Positions 13,127 through 27,744 of a stretch of 64,000 nt of DNA are shown here, one piece after another; the stretch's first letter is position 1, and each line of letters starts with the position of its first letter. Under the pieces are notes generated by a model. The model had not been told where the DNA came from. It did not search any database and saw nothing but the letters and a program-made list of their open reading frames with translations. Source of the stretch: Eledone cirrhosa (taxonomy: Eukaryota). The stretch lies in NCBI GenBank assembly GCA_964016885.1, contig OZ024742.1:357554001-357618000 (forward strand), written 5' to 3'. A program made the position numbers and the translations under genes.

Positions 13127-13914
13127 ATTTTGGAATAAAACCAGAAAAAACCCCCAGCTCTCTCAGAAATACTAAAAAAAATATGATTTTGAACAGCATG
13201 TTGGTCCTGACAACTTTGTATTTCAGGAAAACAACACTGGGTTGCATCATGTATGTATGAAATGGAAGAGGGGGAACCTATGCAATAAGTGGATGAACTT
13301 GCAAATAAAGAATTGTTACCAAGAGCTCACAGATGTTAGGTTCTTATTTCTAATGACATTATAAGTCTAAGAGATAAAGCACCAGTCCAGAGTAAGTGGA
13401 AGCTTTTGTTGTTGAACCTCCCATAGAAATACTTTTGGATGATTTGGGTGATCTCCGAATAGTACATAACGAATGGTGGGTGAGAAATAATTGGATACGT
13501 ACTGACTCAAATTAACTAGTAGGTTCCTACCTTTATAGGAGTTGGGGAGGGGGCTAACCCTAAATACTTTTCTGTTATATATAATAGTATGCTATGGACC
13601 CATAACATATTGATATGCAGTGTTTCATAGTGCATCTTTAAACCTGGGGGAGCCCATCCCTTCTCCAGTTCTGAGTACAGCAGATTTCTTTTAGAGAAGG
13701 ATAGAGAGTGATAGAAGGAAATGAGAAAGAGATATAGAAAAAAGATCAACCCCCGGTACTACACTGGTACATTTTTATCGACATGGAATGGATGAAAGGT
13801 GAAGCTGACCTCTGCAGGATTTGAACTGAGAGAGCAGAGATCCAGAACAAATAGTGCAAAGCATTCTATCTGACATGCTAATGATTCTGCCAATTAGCCA
13901 CCGTTTATATATTT

Positions 13915-14225
13915 TCTTCTTCATCCACTTATTCCTGAGAAGGTCGTTTGGCAGAGTCCTCAAACACACCTTCCAGCGGGTCCTGTCACAAACACCCGTC
14001 TCCAACTGATCCAACTGGATCCCTAAGTGTGACCAGCCAAACTCATGAATGTTATCCAATGATCTTGCTTGGGGTCTACCCCTGGGTCTCCTGCCATTTG
14101 GTTTTGCCCATAAAATCTGTCCAGCGATTCTCTCCTGGGATATTCTAACCACATGCCCATAGTATTGGAGCTGTGATTGCTCAATTTGGAGAAGTAGCAA
14201 CTCTACCTGGACTGAATCTTTTCCC
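13915..14225 (-). mobile_element. RTE LINE 3' fragment (related copies about 17560-17820 + and 19065-19325 +, with (GAA)n tails)
   Basis: IEQSQLQYYGHVVR...GRRPRGRP...DRTRWK is a typical RTE C-terminus. Confidence 0.75.
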
Positions 14226-14439
14226 ATATACATATATATATATGTTCATTATTGTTCATTTTATGATCATTTTATACTACTTGAATGTTTTATAAAATTA
14301 ATCTGTCAAGTATGTAACATACTTATCCCTACCCTTGTTTTCATATAACTTTCTCAATCTTTCATATAACTTTCTCAATTATAAATATTGTTTTTTCTGT
14401 ATTCTATGTGCAAACACAATTCAAAGTATTTAGCTACAC

Positions 14440-15930
14440 AGACCTCAAATTTGTGATCTGTATAGTCGACTTAGAAAGACTTCATAGAGAGGGACCCAAT
14501 GGGTGGAAGCTGAAAGCATCATTTCTGATAAACAAACCTACAGAGACAGGATTAGGGAATTAGTTAAGCGGGCAGTGATGGGAGCAATTGTCAACAATGA
14601 ATAGTGGTTCACGCTGAAAAAGGCAGAGTACAATCTATTAGCTTTATTAAAAGAGTAGTGATAGGGAAAACTAGACTAGTGGGAGAGCTACTTAAAAGCA
14701 AGAAGAGGCATTTAGGAAAGCTATCATAACTGACATACTTGCAGCAAGATTAGTTCTTGACAAACTCTTCAACACAAGCGTAAAGACTGCATCATTAGAT
14801 TTAGTGTGCATTTGATGGACCTAAGCAGCAGATGTGCAACATGGCAACAAAGCTACAATCGACTCTTTGGCAGACCATGATGGGTGCATGTTCCTCAATC
14901 TTTAGCATATGTGTGTGGCTTTTCAGCAACAATTCGCTCAAATGTTCAGGATTGGTGGTGGGCCAGATCATGAGATAGACTTCTGTGCCTACCTCGATAG
15001 CCTGCTGCAGCTCTCAGCCACACAGACAGAATGTTGTGGAAAGCCAATAACAGCCACTAAAATATGGGTGACTGACTAATTGCACAAGGGATAAATTGCC
15101 TGGTCTGGATGGTTTGCCCAACAAGTTTCATGCTTATGTACCAGGCTTGTTTGGTGATCGCTTAGCTGATGTCTATTGCAATTGGCAGCAGAATGGGAGA
15201 ATTCCCAGTCCTGTTAGCCAAGAAGCAATGGTACTGCTGAGAAAGGACCTGAACAAGGAGAACATAGCCAGTTTTTGATAAACTCTACAGGCATGAAAAT
15301 GGTGTCAACCAAGCTTGTCTGAAATTTGTGCAGGGTGACAAAACTATCCTGCCTACTCTAATCGGGTGTCTGGGTATTGCTGACTTGTGGGTTTATATTG
15401 AGCATCTGCTCTCACATTTAAAAAGGATCCAACTATCAGCTGAATCCATAGTGAACATCACCCTACCATGTTCCTTTAGCCGAGAAGGACAGGCAGTTTT
15501 TATCTGCCTGGTGGAGAAAGAGGTTGCGTGGTGGTCATATTTGAGAGGGTTGAAGACAAGCACTTTCCTTTTTAGTGAACACCTGATTAACTTTTTCAGA
15601 TTTCACTTGAAGAAAATAAAGGTGGAGAGGGAAGTGCTACCTTCAGAGTTTATTAAAAGGTGGGTAAGAGTTGCGAGGATCTTCTGAGTAAATAGGCCTT
15701 GTCTCAATATGAGCCATAGCGATCAGTGTGACCATGGCTTTTTGTGGGCTCTGTCCCTGAGTGACCCTCAGCAGTCTCTTCCTATTGGAGCATTTTTTTG
15801 TTTCATTTCTAAATATTTAATTTTTTAGTTTTTGTTATAACATATTTTACACACAAAAACCCACACTATAGTATCCTGTGTTGTCTCTATTGTTTGCTTA
15901 ACGTAAGCCCTGTATGGCTAATAAAGAAAC
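14440..15930 (+). pseudogene. Highly decayed L1/Tx1-like LINE
   Basis: Remnants WKLKASFL, PGLDGLPNKF, MVLLRKDL, LINFFRFHLKKIKVER. Ends near aataaag at about 15920. Confidence 0.55.
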
Positions 15931-18533
15931 CTTTATTATCATTTTTATTATTATTATCATCATTATTATTGGATGTAAGGAGCATAAGGTATTTTATGCT
16001 TATTGAAGAATCTTCGCACTTACTTAAAAGAAATTCTATGCAATATTTTTTTTCTTTTCTTCCCAATGTTATATTATATAGTGTGGATTGAGGTGTAAAA
16101 TATGTATTTTTAAAATATAGTGTTACAGGGATTTTTCTTCAGTTGTTGATATTTGATCTTTCCTTTGTAGATGATAACTTTAACAACATCTTCAGTTTTT
16201 TCCTTTCTATAATTCTTTTTACTTACACATGTCCAATTCCTTCAAGTTCGAAGGACGGGAGAGGAAAGAAATGAAAAATTGTCTCAGATTCTGCTTCATC
16301 CCAAGAGAAATCAATGAATATAAAATACAATAATCTTTACTCAGCGTTTTTTTTTTGTTGTTTTTTTTAAAAAGGTTTCTCACTTTCTATCCTTGTCATC
16401 TTTAACTGCAGCACAAACCTAACACTTTAACTATTTTATTCTGCCTCCCTAAGGTAAATTTCACTGATTTTCTTACTCTCAACTCTATGGATTTATCTTG
16501 TGTTTTTCATTACTGTCTTCTCTTTTTCATTCTGTCTATCTGTCTGTCTGTCTGTCCCTATTTCTGCATATAATTCATTTTTTTCACTCATACTTCTCAC
16601 ATTCTTCATTTATCCGCATCTCAAATTCCCTTGTAGAATTGATTTCCCATCTGTCTGCTTCTCTTTCTACACACACACACACACACACATACATACATAC
16701 ATATATATGGCTGTGTGTATTTGGTTTAGAATAGGCACACTGTTGTCCATATGTATCATAAGAAGTAACTTGAAAGGGCATCTAGCTGTAAAACAGTGCT
16801 TCAAAAATCCAGTGCAACCCATACCACCATGGAAAGGTCGATGTAAAAATGATAATATATATATATGTATATCATTGCCTACTGCTGAAGGTCCTGTCAT
16901 GCTAGTAGTCCTATGGTGATTCACATTGGATAAGCAAGATTCCATCCTTCTCTCTTTCCATACTTCATCATCTGTTGATGAAGCAAATGCAGTTTGCAAG
17001 TTGCAGTTGCACTTGTTTTCTGCATTTAGAGAAACCTAGGTTTTGACTAAAATAGGTGCATATGCCACATTGCTAATATACACTTGGTAAGCACGCTGAG
17101 AGGGGTTTTGTTCCGTTCAGGTTTATTCCATAAGTCATTGAGTGAGGAATGAGTGCAAGGATATTATAGTTGATATTATAATCCTGTCAATATACATATG
17201 TGTGTGTAGTAAACAGCAAAAGTGTTGCTGCTTTGCAAAGAAATCAGGTTCTATACTAATGAAATTTAATGAGAAGAACATTGAATACAAATGATTTTAC
17301 TCTTGAAAAAACGTGACAAATTGTCATATAGTTGTTTTAATGAGCCTGTGTAAATGACTGGTACTTATTGAATTGAAACAAGAGTGGTGAAAGCCAAAGT
17401 TAATCTTGTGTGACTTTTTAGCTAATCAATACTATTTACAAGTGGTTGAAATGGGTTCTTCTGAGGGGTCTTTGGGGTAATGTTACTCAAGTGAGTGTGT
17501 AGCTCAGAGATAAGAGAGTCACTCCAAGTAGAGGTGCTACCTTTTTGAATTGAGAGATCACACCTCCGGCATGTGGTTAGAATGTCTCAGGAAAGAACAA
17601 CGGGACAGATTTTATGGGCAAAACAAACCAGCAAGGAGACCCAGGGGTAGATCCTGAGCCAAATGGTTGGATAACATCTATGAGCTTGGCTGGTATTGCT
17701 TGGAGATCCTGCCAGATCAGTTGGAGATGGTTGTTTCTGACAGGACTGGAAGGAGTGTTTGAGGACTCTTCCCCACGACCCTCCCAGGAATAATTGGGCG
17801 AAGAAAAGAAGAAGAAAAACGAGGAGTAGGGCGATGAGGAGAAGAATATTTACAATAGAATAAACAATATTCCCAACAGTTATTTGCTGTCGAAGAGAAA
17901 TATGTTTGTGTTCTTGATGTTGTTTAGCATATTTATGATGGAATCATGAGAGAGCTGTATAGAACGATAACCTTGAAAGCAAGGTTATAAAGTTAGCTGG
18001 CTCTGTGGAGTAGATACTATTGTAGTAGTCATAGAAGATGCAGAAAGACAACACATCACACCTGTGAGTTAATAGCTGAAAATTTACTTTACATGTTATG
18101 ATTGATTTATTCATGATCAGAGAATGTAAGGGAGAAGATTTTCTTTCATATGTGTAGTGATTGTGTTTTTGTGCTATTGAAAGAGATAAGGATGGTAGTA
18201 TATCCTTATTGAAGGATTTACTGAAGATCCCTGACTATAGATCTACTTTATATCTGGCTTCAAGTGTTTAGGTTACATAGGGATGATAATATAAGTGTGG
18301 AAGCTTATGAAAAAATATGACACATAAATAATATTATTTGCAAGGAAATGACTAGATGTGTATTGCTAGAAATGGCAATACATCGTCCATTGCTTTGAGG
18401 TGTAATAGAATGAATAAGATATTTATTGTAGGAAGTTCTATTGACACAAGTTAGAAGGGGGAGGGGCCTAAGACAAGAAGTTACTGATCAAGGAATTAAG
18501 ACAAATATGACATCCACAGCTAGGAAGGTTTAA

Positions 18534-18756
18534 CCCTTTAGAATTCAAACCGGCCATATCCGGCCAATATTCTCTCAACTCTTTCACTTCAAACTAGCTG
18601 TAACTGGCTACTCATACTGACGTTAAGGTATTTTTCTCAAAATAAATAACATCAAAATCTCGTAACTTCGATATTATGTGAGATAATTTTGTGAGATAAA
18701 GCCTTTTCCATGAAAATACAATAGTATATATATAGAGTAATGTAAATGCTAAAGGG
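18534..18756. mobile_element. piggyBac-type MITE
   Basis: TTAA at 18530-18533 and 18757-18760 flanks terminal inverted repeats CCCTTTAGaATT / AATgCTAAAGGG. Confidence 0.8.
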
Positions 18757-19483
18757 TTAACTAGAAGATTTTAATACCATACCTGGTGCACCCAGCAGAG
18801 TATGTCAGTTTATGTGAGATACACCCATCACCCTATCCCACACATCAATGAGGTCAGGAGCTCTGATTAAGTACTGACCTGATCAGTGACAAACCATCCA
18901 ACCCTTGCTAGCTGGAAAAACAGATGTTAAATTATAATGAAGAAGATGATGATAGTTCAGATTCATAGATGATTGAAATGTCTTAGTCTTAGTCTCCCCT
19001 ATGCACTAGGGCATATGGGGCTATGAGTCTTCACAAATTTACACAAATTAAGATATCATAGCCCCGGTACTATAGACATGTGGTCTTACTGGACAGATTT
19101 TATGTGCAAAACCAGCCAGCAGGAGCCGCACGTGTAAACCTCAAGCAAGACGGTTGGATAACATCCATGAGCTTGGCTGGTCACACTTGGGGATCCAGTT
19201 GGATTATTTGGAGATGGTTGCTTCTAACAGGACCTGCTGGAAGGAGTGTGTGAGGACTCAACCCCACGATCCTCTCAGGAATAAGTGGATGATGAAGAAG
19301 AAGAAGAAAAAGAAGAAGAAGAAGAATGTCTTTTGCTACTTTTTTTCCATGTTGATGAAATATTTGGTGATGATGAGTGGGGGAATACCATTGTCAATGA
19401 AATAGATTTTCTTTCAGCTTCAAATATATTTTCATAATTGTCTAATATTTATCAACCAAATAATTGTTTTGACAAGTTCATTA

Positions 19484-19543
<60 letters not shown>

Positions 19544-19747
19544 CGCTAGGAGATTGACTTTATTTGTGACTGTTTATCACTGTGAAAGACATTTAGAAAA
19601 TTTTAAATCATTGCAATAATTATTTTTAGTGTCATTTCTCATCATGTCAATTGTTCTTGATACCAAGACACAGGATTGCTCATATTATTATTATATTGTT
19701 TAAATTTATCAGAGATTTATTAGTTTATATTTTTGTTATATTACAAG

Positions 19748-19816
19748 GTGTCAGCAATATTACCATTGGTTACATGCTTCCAACGGGAAGATCACTTGTT
19801 TACAGTATTTCTGATG
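19748..19816 (+). CDS. Possible 69-nt host exon (VSNITIGYMLPTGRSLVYSISD)
   Basis: ttacaag/ acceptor and /gtgag donor, symmetric phase 1-1, open frame, non-repetitive sequence. The acceptor is weak and I recognise no homology. Confidence 0.25.
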
Positions 19817-20518
19817 GTGAGAGGGACAAGGGAGTGTTTGCAACTCATTGTAGAACAAATATCTCAACAGGACATTTTTCATTAAAAACCATAATCTTGA
19901 TTTTCTTTAGTAAGATTACATCCTTGGCTGATATACATTGGGGAAAAATAAACAAATTCATATACATGTGCTTATGTGTGTATGTGTGTGTTTGTAGGTA
20001 TATATATATATACCTATATATAATTATAGATATATATATTGGTATATATATATATATATGCAAGTTAAAACAATGAAATAAAACTTCAGGTACATACTAC
20101 GTACGTCTGTGTACATATATGTATGAACAAGTACTTATATATATATATAGGTATATATATATATGTAGGTATATTTCATTTCATTCATTTCATTTTACGT
20201 CTGCTTTTCCCTGCTTGCAAGGGTGGGATGGGAACTGATTCTGGCTTGCTTTCTACAGCTAGATGCGCTTCCTAACACCAACCTCATTTACAGTGAGTGG
20301 TGGGAGATTTTTGCGTGGCACTTCCACGACCACTTTACAGTGGAATGATATGGGCCCCAGCCCCTATCATCTCATTTCTACAGCTGAGTAAACTGGAGCA
20401 ATGTGAAATAAAGTGTCTTGCTCAAGGAAACAACACATCACCCAGCCTGAGAATTGAACTCACAAACTTTCGATTGCAAGGCCAATGTTCTAACCACTAA
20501 GCCATTATAAATATGTGC

Positions 20519-20595
<77 letters not shown>

Positions 20596-20602
<7 letters not shown>

Positions 20603-21441
20603 GAATAATCGAGTATCGAAAAATCGGCGCACGAGTTCACGATAAACAAAATTCGAGATGAGCGGCAGAGGGCTCGATAATTCAAATAAATCAGAGCTAT
20701 AACTATCGTTAAAATACCGTCACACGTAGAATATGTCTACAATCAACCAAACAACCGAAAAATTGCGATATGGAAGATTCGGGACACTCAGATAAATTAT
20801 CAATAAATCAATAAATCAAATGAATGTAAAAAGCATACCCGGACCCACTAGAGAGATGGTATATCTAGCTTCTTGGGTTTCTGTAAATCCTTAAACCGTC
20901 CTCTATCAGCTCACATAAAAATATAATACTTACAGACGACGGGGGACTGGAGTTACTTCTTCAACGAGCTTTAGTCCGAACGGATGAAAAGACAAAACCC
21001 AGGCTGAAAATACGCACATGGATTTCAGCAAGGGAGATAACCCTTATATCCGCAAAAAATATTCGGGAAAATGTGGAATAACACATATCGAATAAGAGTG
21101 CTCAATAGACATGTTAAAATAAACAGGAGCTATTCATCATTTAATAGAATCGATAAAAAATGAACAATAAAATTAACTGGTCAATAGCTAGGTCTAGAGC
21201 TAAGTATAGTAGAATAATCGAGTATCGAAAAATCGGCGCACGAGTTCACGATAAACAAAATTCGAGATGAGCGGCAGAGGGCTCCATAATTCAAATAAAT
21301 CAGAGCTATAACTATCGTTAAAATACCGTCACACGTAGAATATGTCTACAATCAACCAAACAACCGAAAAATTGCGATATGGAAGATTCGAGACACTCAG
21401 ATAAATTATCAATAAATCAATAAATCAAATGAATGTAAAAA
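20596..21441 (-). mobile_element. Retrozyme-like module, 609-bp unit, about 1.4 copies, in (TA)n
   Basis: 20596-20831 is repeated at +609. Non-coding; HHR at 20837-20969. Confidence 0.8.
20837..20969 (-). ncRNA. Type I hammerhead with long stems II and III
   Basis: Minus strand: GCTCG-TTGAAGA-A-GTAAcTCC...GGAtTTAC-A-GAAA-CCCA..CTAGA..TCTAG-TGGG-TC-CGGGT. Confidence 0.7.
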
Positions 21442-21476
21442 TATATATATATATATAGGTATATATATATATATAT

Positions 21477-21678
21477 GGCAACATTGAGGACCGAGTAAGT
21501 TAGATTACCGATATAAAAGACACAGAAGCGAGAAGCGAAAACCAACCAAACAGTGAGTGTGTTCTGTTATTAATTCTGGCAATATTACACAAATATGACC
21601 CTCCCCAAGTATAACAATATTTGTTTCGACAGACGATTTCATACAAAAAACCTCGCAAAACTAATTCATCGCCGCTAT

Positions 21679-21680
<2 letters not shown>
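21477..21680 (+). mobile_element. 3'-terminal fragment of the PLE family at 53304-54688
   Basis: Near-identical to 54489-54688; flanked by (TA)n. Confidence 0.85.
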
Positions 21681-21725
<45 letters not shown>

Positions 21726-21726
<1 letters not shown>

Positions 21727-22010
21727 TAATTTAATATATCTACTAACATAAGCGCACAGATGTACGCTAATGCCAGCAAATACACAGGTTATGTCATAGT
21801 ACCTAGGTGGTTCAATGCAGGAGGATGCAGAACAATAATATAAAAGACGTAAAATAAGAAAATAAAAAAAATAAAAAAATAAAAAAAATTAACTTACTTA
21901 AATTTTCACTCCAACTAATTAGTTTCTGCAATGGGATAAAGACAGTTACGTAATGAACTGTTGAGAATTTCATTGCGTCATCAGGGAGATCTATTCTCAG
22001 CCAAGTCTCA
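21726..22010 (-). mobile_element. Partial copy of the 548-bp HHR module (38.5-40.6 kb family), with an internally deleted HHR
   Basis: Matches 38515-38788, including ctccaactaattagtttctgcaatg...cattgcgtcatcagggag. Confidence 0.85.
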
Positions 22011-22072
22011 TATATATATATATATAGGTATATATATATATATATATATATACCTATATATATATATATATA

Positions 22073-24574
<2,502 letters not shown>

Positions 24575-24575
<1 letters not shown>

Positions 24576-24950
24576 GCACGCAGATGATCTAACGCTCATA
24601 GCTGAATCAATGACCGAGCTAGAGAAGAAATTCCAAACATGGAAGCACGGCCTAGAATCAAAAGCCCTTAAAATTAACCTAGCTAAGACTAAAGTTCTAG
24701 TTTGTAGGAAAGAAAATAAGGCGGCGGTTCCTTCCGGGAAATGGCCATGCTCAGTGTGTAGAAAAGGCGTAGGTAGAAACTCGATTTTATGTCCCAAATG
24801 CAAAGTATGGATGCAATAAAGATCTAGTGGGATCACACGTAAGCTAACTAAGAACATAGATTTTACATGCGGCCGGTGCTCTGATGCAATAAGTAGCAGC
24901 AAGTGCCCACAAAATACTAGCTCCTTCAATTGCGCAAAGGGATCTATAGT
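24575..24950 (+). pseudogene. Inverted second RTE RT segment
   Basis: HADDLTLIAES...KINLAKTKVL; a diverged inverted homologue of 23150-23505. Confidence 0.8.
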
Positions 24951-25250
24951 GTGTCCGCATGTATCTATGCGTTTCTCAATATATTGTTTATAACTCCCTC
25001 TGGTCGAGTAATCTTTGAAGTGTAGTGACTGCTGGAAAGCTGCCATTACTCATACTTCTCACCTCCTTAACCACCTCTTCTACGGCCTCGATATAAATAC
25101 CCCCTCCGCCTCCGTGGTATTTTTTTCAGGGTTATAAGGGGCTTAGCTTTGTTTCTTGACCGTTGTATCACGTGACTGACTCCCTCTCCGCCTTTTGGGA
25201 TTATATCTCACATCTTATAGACATGTTCTTGAAGCTAGTAAAATGAGGTC

Positions 25251-25340
25251 TCCTCTTGATAAGTCGGCAGACCTCACAAAGGCTCTATATCTCTATGATG
25301 TATTGTTTTTGATTATGCCACAAAACTACGTAGTCGAGGA
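25251..25340 (+). ncRNA. Type I hammerhead, U3-A8 core, G12A (probably inactivated)
   Basis: TCCTC-TTGATAA-GTcGGCA...TGCCAC-AAAA-CTACGTAG-TC-GAGGA. Lies at the end of an insert (about 24950-25410) that runs into (TA)n. Confidence 0.72.
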
Positions 25341-25555
25341 ATCTAGAAGCAGTTTAGGTATGATACATCTTATTACTAATTATATCTAAATGTTTCTTCT
25401 CTCTTCATAATATATATATATATATATACATCTTACGTTAATTATTTTCCATTTTGACATTATAGTCACTTATATGTTATGAAATACTGTTGGCTTCACG
25501 CTCACAATAATTTCTATACTTTCATTTATATATATATATATATATATATAGGTAT

Positions 25556-25655
<100 letters not shown>

Positions 25656-25726
25656 GAGAAGAATGAATACTGCGTGGTTGCACATGAGTTACATATGGTA
25701 AAAATAGTCCTTCATCAGTGATTTTT

Positions 25727-25867
<141 letters not shown>

Positions 25868-25869
25868 TA

Positions 25870-26534
25870 TATATTACTCTTTTACCTGTTTCAACCATCC
25901 GGCTGAGGCCATGCAGGGGCACCGCCCTTGTTGCTACACATTTTATCTCCAGCCTATATAGGTTGGCCACTGGTGTAAGAGGGAATTTGTTGCTGTTGCC
26001 CTTAGGTTTCCCTCGTGCCATGCTGTGGGCTCATCCGGGATCATGGATAGCAAGGTTTCGAGATATTTCTTGAAGACATCCACCTCCACGTCATGCAAAT
26101 CTCTCAGGTCCCTCGGCAGCTTGTTGAAGAGTTGAGGGCCCTTGAATCCCAGGCTATTGCAATACCTGCTCCTTATTCTAGATGTGGAAGACGGGACATT
26201 TGGCACCACAGAGTGTCGTCCTGTTCGACAGTTGGTCCAGCTCCCAATGCCAAAGTTTGGTGCTAGTCCCTCCAGGATTTTCCACAAGTAGATCACTGCG
26301 TATCTCCCGTCTTCATTCCAAGGATAGAGGTTCAGTTCCTTTAGCTTCTACCAGTAGCGTGTTTCCTTCATCGTGGCAATCCTCTTGGTGTAGCTTCGCT
26401 GGATTGCCTCAAGCTCCGTGTTTAGTTTGATACTATGGGGTGACCACAACTGGGAGCAGTAGTCCAGGCGGCTTAGGACAAATGTCCTCCATAGTGTCAA
26501 CATGGGTCTCGGTCTCTTGACCGGAAAGTCTTCA

Positions 26535-26536
<2 letters not shown>
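25870..26536 (-). mobile_element. CR1-like LINE 3' fragment
   Basis: FVLSRLDYCSQLWSP...RYAVIYLWKILEGLAPN...GPQLFNKLP...FKKYLE...PDEP. Confidence 0.8.
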
Positions 26537-26584
<48 letters not shown>

Positions 26585-26920
26585 CTTGAGGACTATATAT
26601 ATATATATATATCTTGAACCACCTAAGAGAACATTAGTCTACGACTTCTTTTATACCATAAACGTGGTTCTGTCTTTGCGTGTAAATGTTTTTCACCGCT
26701 CCTATTAATGACGTATTATATTCGTTTTTTTCCCGTTCTTTGCCAGGGAACTTTTCCACGAACCAAGGTATCGTCTTCCTGTCTTCCTCCGGTTGCAACG
26801 TTTTTTGAAATATCCACTTCTGCCTTTACAGATTGACTTTGTTAGTTTCAGAAGATCCCGTTAAGCGATTCTTTGCTTAAACTTTAATCTGTTATTTTAA
26901 TAAATATATATATATATATA

Positions 26921-27636
26921 TACAAATAAATTATCGAGAATCGGAACTTCGGCCCAGGAAATAACGAAACACAATCTTCGAAATGTGCGGCAAAGTGCTC
27001 AATGCTTCGGATAAACCAGAGCTATAACTAACGTTTAATACCAACACACTGAGATGATGCTTAAACAATCATTCGCACAGCAAAAAATACGACCAAGAAA
27101 ATTCGGGTCAGACAAATAAAAATATATATGAATGAAAAATTTACCCGGACCCCCTGGAAAGATGGTAAATTCCAGCATTTGGGTTTCTGCGGCTCCTAAA
27201 TGAGTTACCGTCAGCCTACATAAAGAATATCCGGCATCTGGTAAGAAGATGAACAAGGAAGTCACTTTTTCAGCAGGCGTTTAGTTCAATAATAATACAG
27301 GGGAAGACCGTTACTAAATCCACGTGGGGACCAGCAAGGGAGGGAACCCCTATATTAGGCGAATGAATTCAGTTGTGTATATTATTGTAAGAATACAAAA
27401 TATCACAAATCGAATTAGAGTTCTCAACAGACGGGTTAAAATTAACATGAGCTATTCATCAGTCAATAGGATCAACTAAAAAATCAATAAAATTAACTGA
27501 TCAATAGCTAGAGACTGGAGATAAATACAAATAAATTATCGAGAATCGGAACTTCGGCCCACGAAATAACGAAACACAATCTTCGAAATGTGCGGCAAAG
27601 TGCTCAATGGTTCGGATAAACCAGAGCTATAACTAT
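26921..27636 (-). mobile_element. Retrozyme-like module, 605-bp unit, about 1.2 copies; diverged relative of 20596-21441
   Basis: 26921-27033 is repeated at +605. HHR at 27143-27278 (GCCTG-CTGAAAA-A-GTGAC...GCCGC-A-GAAA-CCC...GGG-TC-CGGGT). Confidence 0.8.
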
Positions 27637-27676
27637 ATATATAGTTATAGCTCTGGTATATAATATATATAATATA

Positions 27677-27730
<54 letters not shown>

Positions 27731-27744
27731 TATATATATATATA

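Noticed and set aside
17929-18069. Possible host exon ending in a strong gtgagt donor
   Set aside because: No single open frame from the plausible acceptor to the donor, and no recognisable protein.
27452-27510. CTGATGA on the minus strand inside an AGCTATT/AATAGCT hairpin
   Set aside because: Not conserved in the 609-bp relative and has no GAAA partner. It is an ordinary stem.
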